A stretch of DNA of 64,000 nucleotides from Candidatus Spongiisociaceae bacterium (GTDB lineage: Bacteria > Actinomycetota > Acidimicrobiia > Spongiisociales > Spongiisociaceae), in assembly GCA_965262915.1 (NCBI GenBank), contig OZ253564.1, positions 4,832,001 through 4,896,000 on the forward strand, given 5' to 3'. The translations under genes and the position numbers were made by a program. Each line of letters starts with the position of its first letter. Position 1 is the stretch's first letter. Below, piece after piece: positions 30,570 to 39,846 of the stretch. Below the pieces are notes generated by a model, which was given only the letters and a program-made list of their open reading frames with translations, was not told the origin of the DNA and did no database searches.

Positions 30570-31433
30570 ATGAAGTTCGTATCATACAACATCCGCTTCT
30601 CACAGGGAAAGGACGGCCGCTTCGACCTCAGGAGAATCGCCGACGCGGTACGTGGCGCCGACGTGATCGCACTGCAGGAAGTCGTGCGCAACGTCGACGC
30701 GGTTCCTGACAAAGATCAACCAGCCCGGCTGGGCGAGTTGCTCACTCAGCATCACTGGGTGTACGGAGCCAACGTCGATCTCGACGCGAGCTCGAGAACT
30801 GCCAGTAGGCCACTCGAGCATCGTCGACTTCAGTTCGGCAACGTGGTCCTTTCCCGCTGGCCGATCCTGTCGTGCCGGAATCTGCTGTTGCCGAGAGTCA
30901 GGGTCATCAATGCCCACGGAGCTCAACTCGGCGCGCTTGAAGCAGTCATCGACGCCCCATCCGGGCCTCTTCGGTGCTACTCGCTCCATCTCGATGCGGT
31001 CAACCCCCGGCAACGGCGAACCGCGATCGAGTACCTGCTGCCGCTTCTGTTTCGAGTTCCCTTTGACGGGGTGTCGGTCACCGGCATCGAATGGCTGGGT
31101 ATCGCCGAGAGCCCAGCGCCCGCTGAGTTCGTGGCGATGGGCGACTTCAACCTGACTCCAACGTCGGCCGAGTACCCGCTCATCGTCGGCGAGGCTGACT
31201 ACTACTACGGCCGTACTCTCGCAGGTGACCGGCTGGTGGACACGTGGACCGCGGCCGGCAACCCTGTCGAGGAGGGAATCACCTGGTACGACGAGAGCCA
31301 GGGGTTCGAGGTCGGCTTGAAGCTCGACTACGGATTCGTGACGCCGGGCCTGGCATCAGGGGTCGAATCTGCGTGGATCGACGACGACGCGGTCGGGTCG
31401 GACCACCAGCCAACGTGGTTCGAGCTCAACTAG
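30570..31433 (+). CDS. Endonuclease/exonuclease/phosphatase (EEP) family protein
   Basis: SYNI, ALQEV, GN..LSR, HLD, GDFN, LDY, SDH. Confidence 0.9.
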   Translation: MKFVSYNIRFSQGKDGRFDLRRIADAVRGADVIALQEVVRNVDAVPDKDQPARLGELLTQHHWVYGANVDLDASSRTASRPLEHRRLQFGNVVLSRWPILSCRNLLLPRVRVINAHGAQLGALEAVIDAPSGPLRCYSLHLDAVNPRQRRTAIEYLLPLLFRVPFDGVSVTGIEWLGIAESPAPAEFVAMGDFNLTPTSAEYPLIVGEADYYYGRTLAGDRLVDTWTAAGNPVEEGITWYDESQGFEVGLKLDYGFVTPGLASGVESAWIDDDAVGSDHQPTWFELN

Positions 31434-31999
31434 GGCCTGTTGACACTGCGTAGGGCTTCGGTTATCAGCACGAGGGTGATGAACCCGATGTAGATCAGGT
31501 CGAGTTTGTCGTAGCGGGAGAAGATACGGCGGTATCGTTTCAGCCGGCGGAACAGTCGCTCTACCTGGTTGCGTCTCTTGTACATCTGTCGGTTGTGGTC
31601 CCACGGTGTTTTGCGGTTGCTTTTGGGGGGAACTACCGGTGTGTAGCCGAGTTCGAGCGCGAGTTGTCGTGTCTGGTTGCCCTCATGGGCACGGTCCATC
31701 ACCAAGAACCGCTTCTGGGGCTGGGGACCGACGCCTGCGAGCAGTTCGCAGCCCGGTCGGGGCGTCGTGGGCTTGACCCGGCGACAGCGACAGGGTTATC
31801 GCTGTCCGGTCGTGGGCGGCGACCGTGTGAATCTTGGTGGTCCACCCGCCCCGGGACTTCCCGATGGACTGTGGACCCCCTTTTTGTGGGTGCCGGTACC
31901 GTAGGGATGGACCTTGACGATTGTGGAGTCGATCCCGACGGCTTCGGTGTTGAGGTTTATGGTCCCTTCTTGGGCTAACCCCTTCAGTATCCGGTCTAG

Positions 32000-33743
32000 G
32001 AGGGTGCTGAGCAATCGACCTGAAGGGGTGCTGCTTGTTGCCCCTGGGATGTGCTGTTGGCGGGTGTTGGTTGGTGGGAGGTTGTTGGTTGGGGGGTGGT
32101 GGCCGGGTTTTGGGGTTGGGGGTGCGGGTTTGGTGGTTTAGGTGGGGTTGAGTGCCCAGCCGGTGGGGGTGTGGGCGAGTCCGAGGTTGATGAGGCGTCG
32201 TAGGTTGATGGCTGCTGTTGGGGTGGTGAGCCATTGCTGGTTGGGGATGATTCCTCGGTAGGGAACGCGTCTGGCTTTGTGGCGGGTGAGCCAGGCGATG
32301 GTCCGCTCGACGGGCGGCCGGTAGGTCCGGTAGGTGTTGCGGGTTTCTTCTTTGGCCCAGCGGGCCTTGTTCGCGGCGCGGTGGTCGTGGTACTGGTCGA
32401 CTGTGATGGTTCGTCCCTTCTCCGAGGTGGTGCATCGTGCCCGCAGGGGGCAGCCGTTACACCACTTCGCGAAGGGGGCGGTACCTCCGGGACGTAGGCG
32501 GGCGGTGTGCCCGGCGGGACAGGTCACTGTCCGTCTTTTGGTGTCGATATCGAAGTCGTCGCGGTGGAATCCGTCTTCGATGTGGGGTTTGCGTACGATT
32601 GGTTTCACCACCGGGGTGTGTTTGAGACCGTCGAAGGTTTCGAGAGCCGCACCGGACGCGTACGCCGAATCCGCGACGATTTCGGCACCCGGGGGTTCTT
32701 CGGCAACGAGATCCTTGATACTGTCGGCGTTTGGGGTGTTGGCAGCGGTGAGCGCCACCGCGGTGACCAGTCCGGTTTCTGGTTCGGCGGCGACATGGGC
32801 CTTGTACCCGTCCCGTTTACGGGTCCGGGTCTTGTGACCGTGCCGCGCCTGGGGATCTACTGTCGATATGGTCCGATCCTTGGCGACACGCCGAGCTATC
32901 CGCCATCGGCCTTCCCGGTGGGGGTCCGGTTCCACATCCTGGCCCGCAACCACTCCCAACAGACCCAGGGCGTCGGACTGCTCGGGATTCAACTTCACAC
33001 CCTCGACGGCTTCGATCAGGGCTAGACCGTCGGTGACCAAACCATCCACCAGCTCGGACCGGCTCTCGGGGTCGGACCAGTCGCAGGACGGTTTGGTCTT
33101 CGACTCGTAATCATGAGGCACCAACACCAGATCGGCGGCTTCGGGTATCAGACGACGGCAACGCCTTATCTGCGACGAGATCATCGTTACCGTGTCCTGG
33201 GTAGCAACCGCGTCGTGCAGGATGGTCGAGTCCAGCGCCCGGCGACCCCTGTTCGCCAACACCCCACAGGCGGCGACCACTTGGCGCACTGCGTCGAAGA
33301 TACGCTCAGGACGGTCACTGTTCCGAAGCCTTGCACGCCACAGCGTCAGCACCGTCGGGTGGAACCCCCCATCGGTCAGCGACAAACCCACCGCTGCCTT
33401 CCAACGGATATCACACCGCAGCCGCTGTACCGCTTCCCGATCCGACAGGCACTCCAACGCTTGGAGGACCATCACCGTTGCTATCACCGACCCCGGTATC
33501 GACGGACGTCCCCGCCCACTACCGAACAAATCGGCGAACATCTCGGCGGGAAACAGCCGCCGGCGGTGCTCAGCCAAAAACCGGTACACCGAACCCTCCG
33601 GAACCAACTCCCCGCACAGTTCCATAGCGTCCAGAAACTCACGATCACCACGTTCACTACCCTGCATACCACTACAATAATCCCAACAAACCCAAAACGC
33701 GAACCCACCAACACCCAGCAGGACCGATTAAATCAGCAGTCTC
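32000..33743 (-). mobile_element. IS1182-family element
   Basis: Ends GAGGGTGCTGA / TCAGCAGTCTC, each flanked by CTAG. Confidence 0.85.
32138..33667 (-). CDS. IS1182-family transposase
   Basis: GRPSIP, LSDREA, LDST, STVDPQARHG, GYKAH, ADSAY, CPAGH, RPPVERTI. Confidence 0.9.
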   Translation of the reverse strand: MQGSERGDREFLDAMELCGELVPEGSVYRFLAEHRRRLFPAEMFADLFGSGRGRPSIPGSVIATVMVLQALECLSDREAVQRLRCDIRWKAAVGLSLTDGGFHPTVLTLWRARLRNSDRPERIFDAVRQVVAACGVLANRGRRALDSTILHDAVATQDTVTMISSQIRRCRRLIPEAADLVLVPHDYESKTKPSCDWSDPESRSELVDGLVTDGLALIEAVEGVKLNPEQSDALGLLGVVAGQDVEPDPHREGRWRIARRVAKDRTISTVDPQARHGHKTRTRKRDGYKAHVAAEPETGLVTAVALTAANTPNADSIKDLVAEEPPGAEIVADSAYASGAALETFDGLKHTPVVKPIVRKPHIEDGFHRDDFDIDTKRRTVTCPAGHTARLRPGGTAPFAKWCNGCPLRARCTTSEKGRTITVDQYHDHRAANKARWAKEETRNTYRTYRPPVERTIAWLTRHKARRVPYRGIIPNQQWLTTPTAAINLRRLINLGLAHTPTGWALNPT

Positions 33744-34838
33744 CTAGTGTCCTGATTCGGGGATTCGTTGTAGATAGTTGGTGAGGTTGTCGAAGATTTG
33801 GTCGGCGGTTTTGTGCCAGATGAAGGGTTTGGGGTTTTGGTTCCAGTGTTGGGTCCATTGGTTGATGGCGTCGGTGAGTTCGGCTACGGATCGGTGGGTG
33901 CCTCGGCGTATCTGTTTGGTGGTGAGTTCGGAGAACCATCGCTCGACGAGGTTCATCCACGACGCGTAGGTGGGTGTGAAATGGAACGTGAACCGTGGAT
34001 GGCGTTGCAGCCAGCGCCCTATGGGCTCTGTTTTGTGGGGCGACGCGTTGTCCAACACGACATGGACGTCGAGTTCTGGTGGGACTTCGCGGTTGATGAG
34101 GTTTAGGAACGTCTGGAATTCTTGGGTGCGGTTGCGTCGTGTCATGGAGGTGATGACCCGGCCGGTGGCCGTGTCGAGCGCGGCGTGGAGGTTGGTGGTG
34201 CCGTACCGGCGGTAGTCGTGGGTGCGCCGCTGGGGGGTTCCGGGCAACAGGGGCAGGATCGGCGCGGTGCGGTCGAGGGCCTGTATCTGGGATTTGTGGT
34301 CCACACACAGCACCACCGCCGCGTCGGGCGGGTTCAGGTACAAACCCGCCAGGTCGCGGACCTTTTCCACGAACTGGGGGTCGGGAGATATCTTGAAATG
34401 CTCGGTCCGGTGCGGCTTGAGACCGAACGCCCGCCATATTCTTAGGATCGACGACTGGGACAGGCCGACGGCCCTCGCCATGGACCGGGTCGACCAGTGC
34501 GTCGCGTCTCTCGGTGTTTCCTCCAGCGTCTTGACCACCACTTCTTCTACCTTGGCGTCGTCGATGCGGCGGGGCGGCCCGGGGCGGGGATTGTCGTAGA
34601 GGCCGTCGAGACGGCGCCGGGCGAAACGGTTCCGCCACTTCGAGACCGTAACCCCGCTGCAGCCCACCTCCGCTGCGATGTCCACATTGGTGCGGCCTTC
34701 GGCCGCTCCCAGCACGATACGAGACCGCATCGCTAACCCTTGTGCGGTGCTACGCCGCCGTATCCACCGCTCGAGCGTCTGGCGTTCCTCTTCATCCAGC
34801 TCGATAACCACTGCTTTACGACCCCGCTGCTTCTCCAT
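33744..34838 (-). CDS. IS630-family transposase
   Basis: HTH region, THWSTRS, QIQALDR, HDYRRYGT, DNASPH, HFTPTYASWMNLVERWF; stop codon made by the CTAG target. Confidence 0.92.
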   Translation of the reverse strand: MEKQRGRKAVVIELDEEERQTLERWIRRRSTAQGLAMRSRIVLGAAEGRTNVDIAAEVGCSGVTVSKWRNRFARRRLDGLYDNPRPGPPRRIDDAKVEEVVVKTLEETPRDATHWSTRSMARAVGLSQSSILRIWRAFGLKPHRTEHFKISPDPQFVEKVRDLAGLYLNPPDAAVVLCVDHKSQIQALDRTAPILPLLPGTPQRRTHDYRRYGTTNLHAALDTATGRVITSMTRRNRTQEFQTFLNLINREVPPELDVHVVLDNASPHKTEPIGRWLQRHPRFTFHFTPTYASWMNLVERWFSELTTKQIRRGTHRSVAELTDAINQWTQHWNQNPKPFIWHKTADQIFDNLTNYLQRIPESGH

Positions 34839-34915
34839 ACGCTGCTCCCACTACTGACTGCTACTGACCTGCATATTCTAGCAGCATATGGCAAAGAAAC
34901 TAAGGAATCAGGACA
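33748..34915 (-). mobile_element. IS630-family element
   Basis: CTAG-TGTCCTGATTC ... GAATCAGGACA-CTAG. Confidence 0.9.
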
Positions 34916-35175
34916 CTAGGACTCCGTTTCGGGCCCAGCGGTTCATCCGCTTATAGATGGTGTACCACTTACCGAACCGGGTGGGCGTCCCCGCCATTTT
35001 GCAGCCGTGTTCCGCCACGTAGAGGAACGCGTTGAGCATGTCGAGGTTTGATATCTTGCCGCGCTGTGTCGGGAATAGATGAACGATACGGTCGTATTGT
35101 TCTTGTATAATCGTCATACATAGATTATATCGTAATCTACCAAAAAACGCGAGCATCGGATAACGTCAACAGGGC

Positions 35176-35466
35176 CTAGTCCGAACACGGGCGTTTCGAG
35201 GGTTGACCTCATCTTCGCTTGTCCCGGGGTCGGAGAAGCATGCCACCACGTAGGCATCCGCCGGATACTTCACGGCGGTCTCGATCATGGTCTCGACCGG
35301 GGCGGCAACGTCGTCGTCGGATTCGATCGCGGGCGGCCCGCCAGTGCTGGTGACCACCTCTACCTCGACTCCCCGGGTCTTCGGCCAGAGCCCTCACCGC
35401 GTCATCCACCTGCTTCGAAATGCGTTCTAAGATGTTCGATTCACCAGGGTGACCCTTTCCAAACAT
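35176..35466 (-). pseudogene. Hydantoin/Asp-Glu racemase, N-terminal half
   Basis: GPPAIES, ADAYVVACFSDPG, PVFGL ending at the IS5 end; frameshifts. Confidence 0.8.
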
Positions 35467-35740
35467 CGGACGCACCTCACTTGATCCGGAACTCATCCGA
35501 TCGCGGGCACTTCGGCCGGGGAGGGGCTCGACCTCTTCCGAGGACTCCCGGCGCCCATCACCCTTACGTTGCAGCCCAACCTCCACGTCGTCGCTCAGCC
35601 GGGTCGACCCCGGGATCCCGGGCGCCGCCCGCCGTGGGGACGGTGTGTCGCGGCACTAGCCCGTTGGAGTTACCCAGCCGGCGGTCCGGGGCGAGAGCCA
35701 TGGGAGGAGAGGGGAAGGGGGGATAGTATCGTCCCCTCTC

Positions 35741-37162
35741 ATGACCGCCGTTGAAGGGGTCCGGATGCCGGAGGCGGGAAGGCGGGCCCATCCGTACATA
35801 CCCAATTCGGTGCCGGAGGTACGGCGGACCATGCTCGACTACCTGGGCATCGCCGACGTTTCGGATCTTCACGCGGCCATCCCGGCCGAGCTGAGGCTGG
35901 ATCGTCCGCTCGACCTGCCCGAGGCCATCCTCTCCGAGCACGACCTGAAGGAGCACGTGCTGGGGTTGCTCGGGGACGTGGTGAGCACACAGGACTATGC
36001 GAGCTTCCTCGGGGGAGGGTGCTGGAAGCACTTCGTGCCGGTGGTCTGTGACGAGATCAACAACCGGAGGGAGTTCGTCACCGCCTATGCCGGGGAGGCC
36101 TACTCGGATCACGGCAAGCACCAGGCCTGGTTCGAGTGGCAGAGCCTCCTCGGCGAGCTACTGGAGGCGGATTTCGTGTCGCTGCCCACCTACGACTGGA
36201 TGACGGCAGCGTCGAGCGCGCTGCTGATGGCGGCCCGGCTGACCGGAAGGGGCGAGGTGATCGTTCCCCGGAACCTGAACCCCGAGCGCCTGTCCCACAT
36301 GGGCAACTACTGCCGGGCCGGTCTCGATGCCATCCGAACCGTCGCTTTCGACCCGTCGAGCGGCGAGATGGACCTGGACGGACTCGAGGACGAACTGTCG
36401 CCCTCGACCGCCGCGGTGTACTTCGAGAACCCCACCTTCCTCGGCTCGATGGAAGGCCGGGCTCGCCAGATCGTGGAAGCGGCGCACCGGGCGGGGGCGC
36501 TGTGCGTGGTGGGTGTCGACCCGATCTCGCTGGGCGTCATGGCGCCTCCGACGTCCTACGGCGCCGACCTCATCGTGGGCGATATCCAGCCTCTCGGGGT
36601 TCACATGCAGGCGGGCGGCGCCACCTGCGGCTTCATCGCCGGCGCCGACGACCCGCGCTTCGCCTCCGAGTACCCGACGCTGCTCGAGACAATCACCACC
36701 ACGGACAGGGAAGGTGTGTGGGGCTTCGGGTGGGCCACCTTCGAACGAACGTCCTTCATCAAGAGAGGGCTGTCGGAGGATTTCACAGGGACCACCAGCG
36801 GCCTCTGGGCCATCACGGCCGCCGTCTACCTGTCGCTCCTGGGGCCGGCCGGTATCCGGGAGGTGGGCGAGGCGATCATGCAGAAGGCCCACTACGCCAG
36901 GGCCCGGCTGGAAGGGTTACCGGGTATCGGTGCGGGCCCGACCGCCACGCCTTTCAAGGAGTTCGTGGTCGACTTCACCGGAACCGGCCGCACGGTGGCC
37001 GAGATCAACCGGTCCCTGCTGGACTACCGGATCCTCGGAGGGCAGGACCTGTCGGGAGATTTCCCCGACCTGGGCCGAAGCGCCCTCTATTGCGTGACCG
37101 AGGTGACCCCCCTCGAACACATCGACCGCCTGGTGGCCGCCTTGGGAGAGATCACCTCGTGA
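35741..37162 (+). CDS. gcvPA: Glycine dehydrogenase P-protein subunit 1-like (divergent)
   Basis: HPYIPN, SFLGGG, ENPTFLG, GADLIVGDIQPLG, LYCVTE. Confidence 0.85.
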   Translation: MTAVEGVRMPEAGRRAHPYIPNSVPEVRRTMLDYLGIADVSDLHAAIPAELRLDRPLDLPEAILSEHDLKEHVLGLLGDVVSTQDYASFLGGGCWKHFVPVVCDEINNRREFVTAYAGEAYSDHGKHQAWFEWQSLLGELLEADFVSLPTYDWMTAASSALLMAARLTGRGEVIVPRNLNPERLSHMGNYCRAGLDAIRTVAFDPSSGEMDLDGLEDELSPSTAAVYFENPTFLGSMEGRARQIVEAAHRAGALCVVGVDPISLGVMAPPTSYGADLIVGDIQPLGVHMQAGGATCGFIAGADDPRFASEYPTLLETITTTDREGVWGFGWATFERTSFIKRGLSEDFTGTTSGLWAITAAVYLSLLGPAGIREVGEAIMQKAHYARARLEGLPGIGAGPTATPFKEFVVDFTGTGRTVAEINRSLLDYRILGGQDLSGDFPDLGRSALYCVTEVTPLEHIDRLVAALGEITS

Positions 37163-38724
37163 GCGGTGACGGCGGCTTGGTGCGGGACGGCTTCCACGCC
37201 GCCCGCTGGCTCGAGCCCCTGATCATGGAATCGGGCACGCCCGGGGAGCGAGGCGTTATACCCCCCGCAGTGGAGCCCTCCATCAGGGACGAGGTGGGAG
37301 ACGTACTCGCCTCGATTCCGCCTGACCTACGCCGCGCCCGACCTCCCGCCCTTCCCGAACTCTCCCAGCCCCAGGTGCTGCGCCACTACCTGCGGCTCTC
37401 CCAGGAGACCCTCGGGGCGGCCGTCAACATCGACGTGGGCCTCGGCACCTGCACGATGAAGTACAACCCGGTCATCAACGACGTGGTGGGCAACCATCCG
37501 AACGTCAGCCAGGTGCATCCCGGCCAGCCACCCGAGACCATCCAGGGGCTGCTCGGAATCCTCCACCGGCTGGAACGGCAACTGTGCGAGATCTCGGGCA
37601 TGGACGCCTTCAGCCTCCAACCGGGCGGCGGGGCAGCCGCCATCTTCACCAACGCCTCGATCATGCGCGCCCACCACGACCGCAACGGGGAGGGCGACCG
37701 GCGCGACGAGATCATCACGACGGTGTTCTCCCATCCGGCCGACGCCGCCGCCTCGGCCGCGGCCGGGTACAAGATCATCACCCTGTACCCCGACAACCGC
37801 GGCTACCCCGACTTCGAGGCCCTCGAGGCGGCCCTGTCGGAGCGGACCGCCGGACTGATGGTGACCAACCCCGAGGACACCGGCATCTTCAACCCCCGTA
37901 TCCGGGACTACACCGAGGCGGTCCACGCGGTCGGCGGGGTGTGCGCCATCGACCAGGCCAACGCCAACGGCATCCTCGGCATCACCAGAGCCAGGGAACT
38001 CGGGTTCGACCTGTGCCACTTCAACCTGCACAAGACCTTCTCCACCCCGCACAACTCGGAGGGGCCGGCCCTCGGGGCGGTCGGGGTACGCGAGGATTTC
38101 GCCCGCTACCTGCCGGTCCCGATCGTCTCCCGGACGGGCAAGGGCGGCTACCGACTCGACTACGACCGCCCCGATTCGATCGGCAAGGTCAAGGGTTTCC
38201 TGGGCAACGTGGGCATCGCGGTCCGCGCCTACGCGTGGATCATGGCCCACGGCGCCGAGGGACTCCGCACCGTCGCTGAGACCGCGGTGCTCAACAACAA
38301 CTACCTGGCCAGGAAGCTCGACGAGATACCGGGTATCACCGTCCCCTACCGGGACACGGCCGCATACCGGCTGCAGGAGGTGCGCTACAGCTGGGAAAGG
38401 CTCCACGAGGAGACCGGCGTCAGCACCAACGACATCAAGAACCGGATGATCGACTACGGCGTCAACAGCTATTTCACGAGCCACGAGCCGTGGCTGATCG
38501 CCGAGCCCTTCACAGCCGAGCCGGCGGAATCCTACTCGAAGCAGGACCTCGACGAGTACGCGGCCATAGTGGCCAAGGTCGCCAAGGAGGCCTATACGGA
38601 CCCCGAGCGGGTCAGATCGGGACCCCACCGCAGCTCGATCAGCGGGATGGACGAGGCGCCGCTGATCGATCCCGACCGGGTTGTGACCACCTGGAGGGCC
38701 TGGAAGAAGCGATACGGTTCTTGA
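37159..38724 (+). CDS. gcvPB: Glycine dehydrogenase P-protein subunit 2-like (divergent)
   Basis: LPELSQPQVLRHY.RLSQ, CTMKYNP, HFNLHKTFSTPH (PLP Lys), VLNNNYL; GTG start overlaps gcvPA stop. Confidence 0.88.
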   Translation: MSGDGGLVRDGFHAARWLEPLIMESGTPGERGVIPPAVEPSIRDEVGDVLASIPPDLRRARPPALPELSQPQVLRHYLRLSQETLGAAVNIDVGLGTCTMKYNPVINDVVGNHPNVSQVHPGQPPETIQGLLGILHRLERQLCEISGMDAFSLQPGGGAAAIFTNASIMRAHHDRNGEGDRRDEIITTVFSHPADAAASAAAGYKIITLYPDNRGYPDFEALEAALSERTAGLMVTNPEDTGIFNPRIRDYTEAVHAVGGVCAIDQANANGILGITRARELGFDLCHFNLHKTFSTPHNSEGPALGAVGVREDFARYLPVPIVSRTGKGGYRLDYDRPDSIGKVKGFLGNVGIAVRAYAWIMAHGAEGLRTVAETAVLNNNYLARKLDEIPGITVPYRDTAAYRLQEVRYSWERLHEETGVSTNDIKNRMIDYGVNSYFTSHEPWLIAEPFTAEPAESYSKQDLDEYAAIVAKVAKEAYTDPERVRSGPHRSSISGMDEAPLIDPDRVVTTWRAWKKRYGS

Positions 38725-38737
38725 TGGAGGCCACCCC

Positions 38738-39844
38738 ATGAAGATCATCTCGGTGGATGTCTGGCCGGTGAGCATCCCTTTCGTCAAACCGTTCGAGGTA
38801 TGGCGGGGGGTAGCCCGCACCAAGGACCACGTGATCGTGGAGGTGCACACGGACGAGGGGATCACCGGGGTCGGGGAGGCCTCCCCGTTCCTCTACTACG
38901 CACCCGAGACCCAGGAGGACGTGGTGGCCACCGTCGCGAACTACCTGGCGCCGATGGTCGTGGGGGTCGATCCGTTCGATGTGGAGCGGATCAACATGGT
39001 CTTCGACACGGTGGTCGACGCCCACCACTTCTCCAAGGGGGCCGTCGAGATGGCCCTCTGGGACATCATGGGCAAGGCACTCGGAGTGCCGTTGTACCGG
39101 CTCCTGGGCGGGAAGGTCCGCGATACGGTGCCGGTCATCGCCCTGCTCGACAACGGCCCGCCCGCGGCGATGGGCGCCCAGGCCGCCCGCCGGGTCGATG
39201 CCGGCTTCCGGCACCTGAAGGTGAAGATCGGGTTCGATCCCTCCACGGACGTGGCGATGGTGGCGGCGGTCACCGGGACGGTCGGGGACTCGGCGACGGT
39301 CCGGGTCGATGCCGAGGAGAGCTACGACCTCAAGACGTCCCTACGGATCGCCCGCCGGCTGGAGGAACTCGGGGTTGAGCTCTTCTCCCAGCCCATCCCT
39401 CGTCACCACTACCGGCAGATGGCCCGGCTACGGGAGATGATCTCGATCCCGCTGCTGGTCGACGAGAGCGTCGAGATCCCGGCCGACGTGATGCTGGCCG
39501 CCGAACTCGGCACCGGGGACCTGGTGAACATAAAGGTGGCGAAGTGCGGCGGGATCCTCAAGGCCAAGCGCATGGCGGCCATCGCCGAGGGGGCCGGAAT
39601 GGATTGCCTGATCGGCAGCATGATCGAGATGGGACCCGGAACCGCCTGCGGCGCCCACGTGGCTGTCTCCACCCCCAACGTCACGTACGCGAGCGAGCTG
39701 GTGGGCCCGCAGCTGATAGCCGGCGACGTGGTGGTCACGCCCTTCGAACTGCATGACGGTGCGATCCGGCTCCCCGACCGGCCCGGGCTGGGGGTGGAGC
39801 TGGACAGGGACCGGCTGGCGCGGTACGGGACGGCCGGGTCCTGA
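38738..39844 (+). CDS. Enolase-superfamily (MLE/mandelate racemase subgroup) enzyme
   Basis: TDEGITGVGE, MALWDI.GK..G.PLY.LLGG, KVK, DES, NIK, PGLG. Confidence 0.88.
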   Translation: MKIISVDVWPVSIPFVKPFEVWRGVARTKDHVIVEVHTDEGITGVGEASPFLYYAPETQEDVVATVANYLAPMVVGVDPFDVERINMVFDTVVDAHHFSKGAVEMALWDIMGKALGVPLYRLLGGKVRDTVPVIALLDNGPPAAMGAQAARRVDAGFRHLKVKIGFDPSTDVAMVAAVTGTVGDSATVRVDAEESYDLKTSLRIARRLEELGVELFSQPIPRHHYRQMARLREMISIPLLVDESVEIPADVMLAAELGTGDLVNIKVAKCGGILKAKRMAAIAEGAGMDCLIGSMIEMGPGTACGAHVAVSTPNVTYASELVGPQLIAGDVVVTPFELHDGAIRLPDRPGLGVELDRDRLARYGTAGS

Positions 39845-39846
39845 CC

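Larger units (their letters stand above)
31434..35175 (-). mobile_element. IS5-family element interrupted by IS1182 and IS630
   Basis: TIRs GGCCTGTTGACA / CGTCAACAGGGC flanked by CTAG; transposase pieces 35117-34916 (..YKRMNRWARNGVL) and 31999-31430 (DRIL..IDSTIVKVH..GKSRGG.TTKIH..YKRRNQVERLF). Confidence 0.9.

Noticed and set aside
35480-35740. Glycine riboswitch before gcvPA
   Set aside because: The conserved GGAGA / CCGAAG / CTCTCAGG aptamer blocks are not present in the expected order.
36136-37158. N-terminal extension making GcvPB 862 aa
   Set aside because: Overlaps gcvPA in another frame and is low complexity; the GTG at 37159 fits better.
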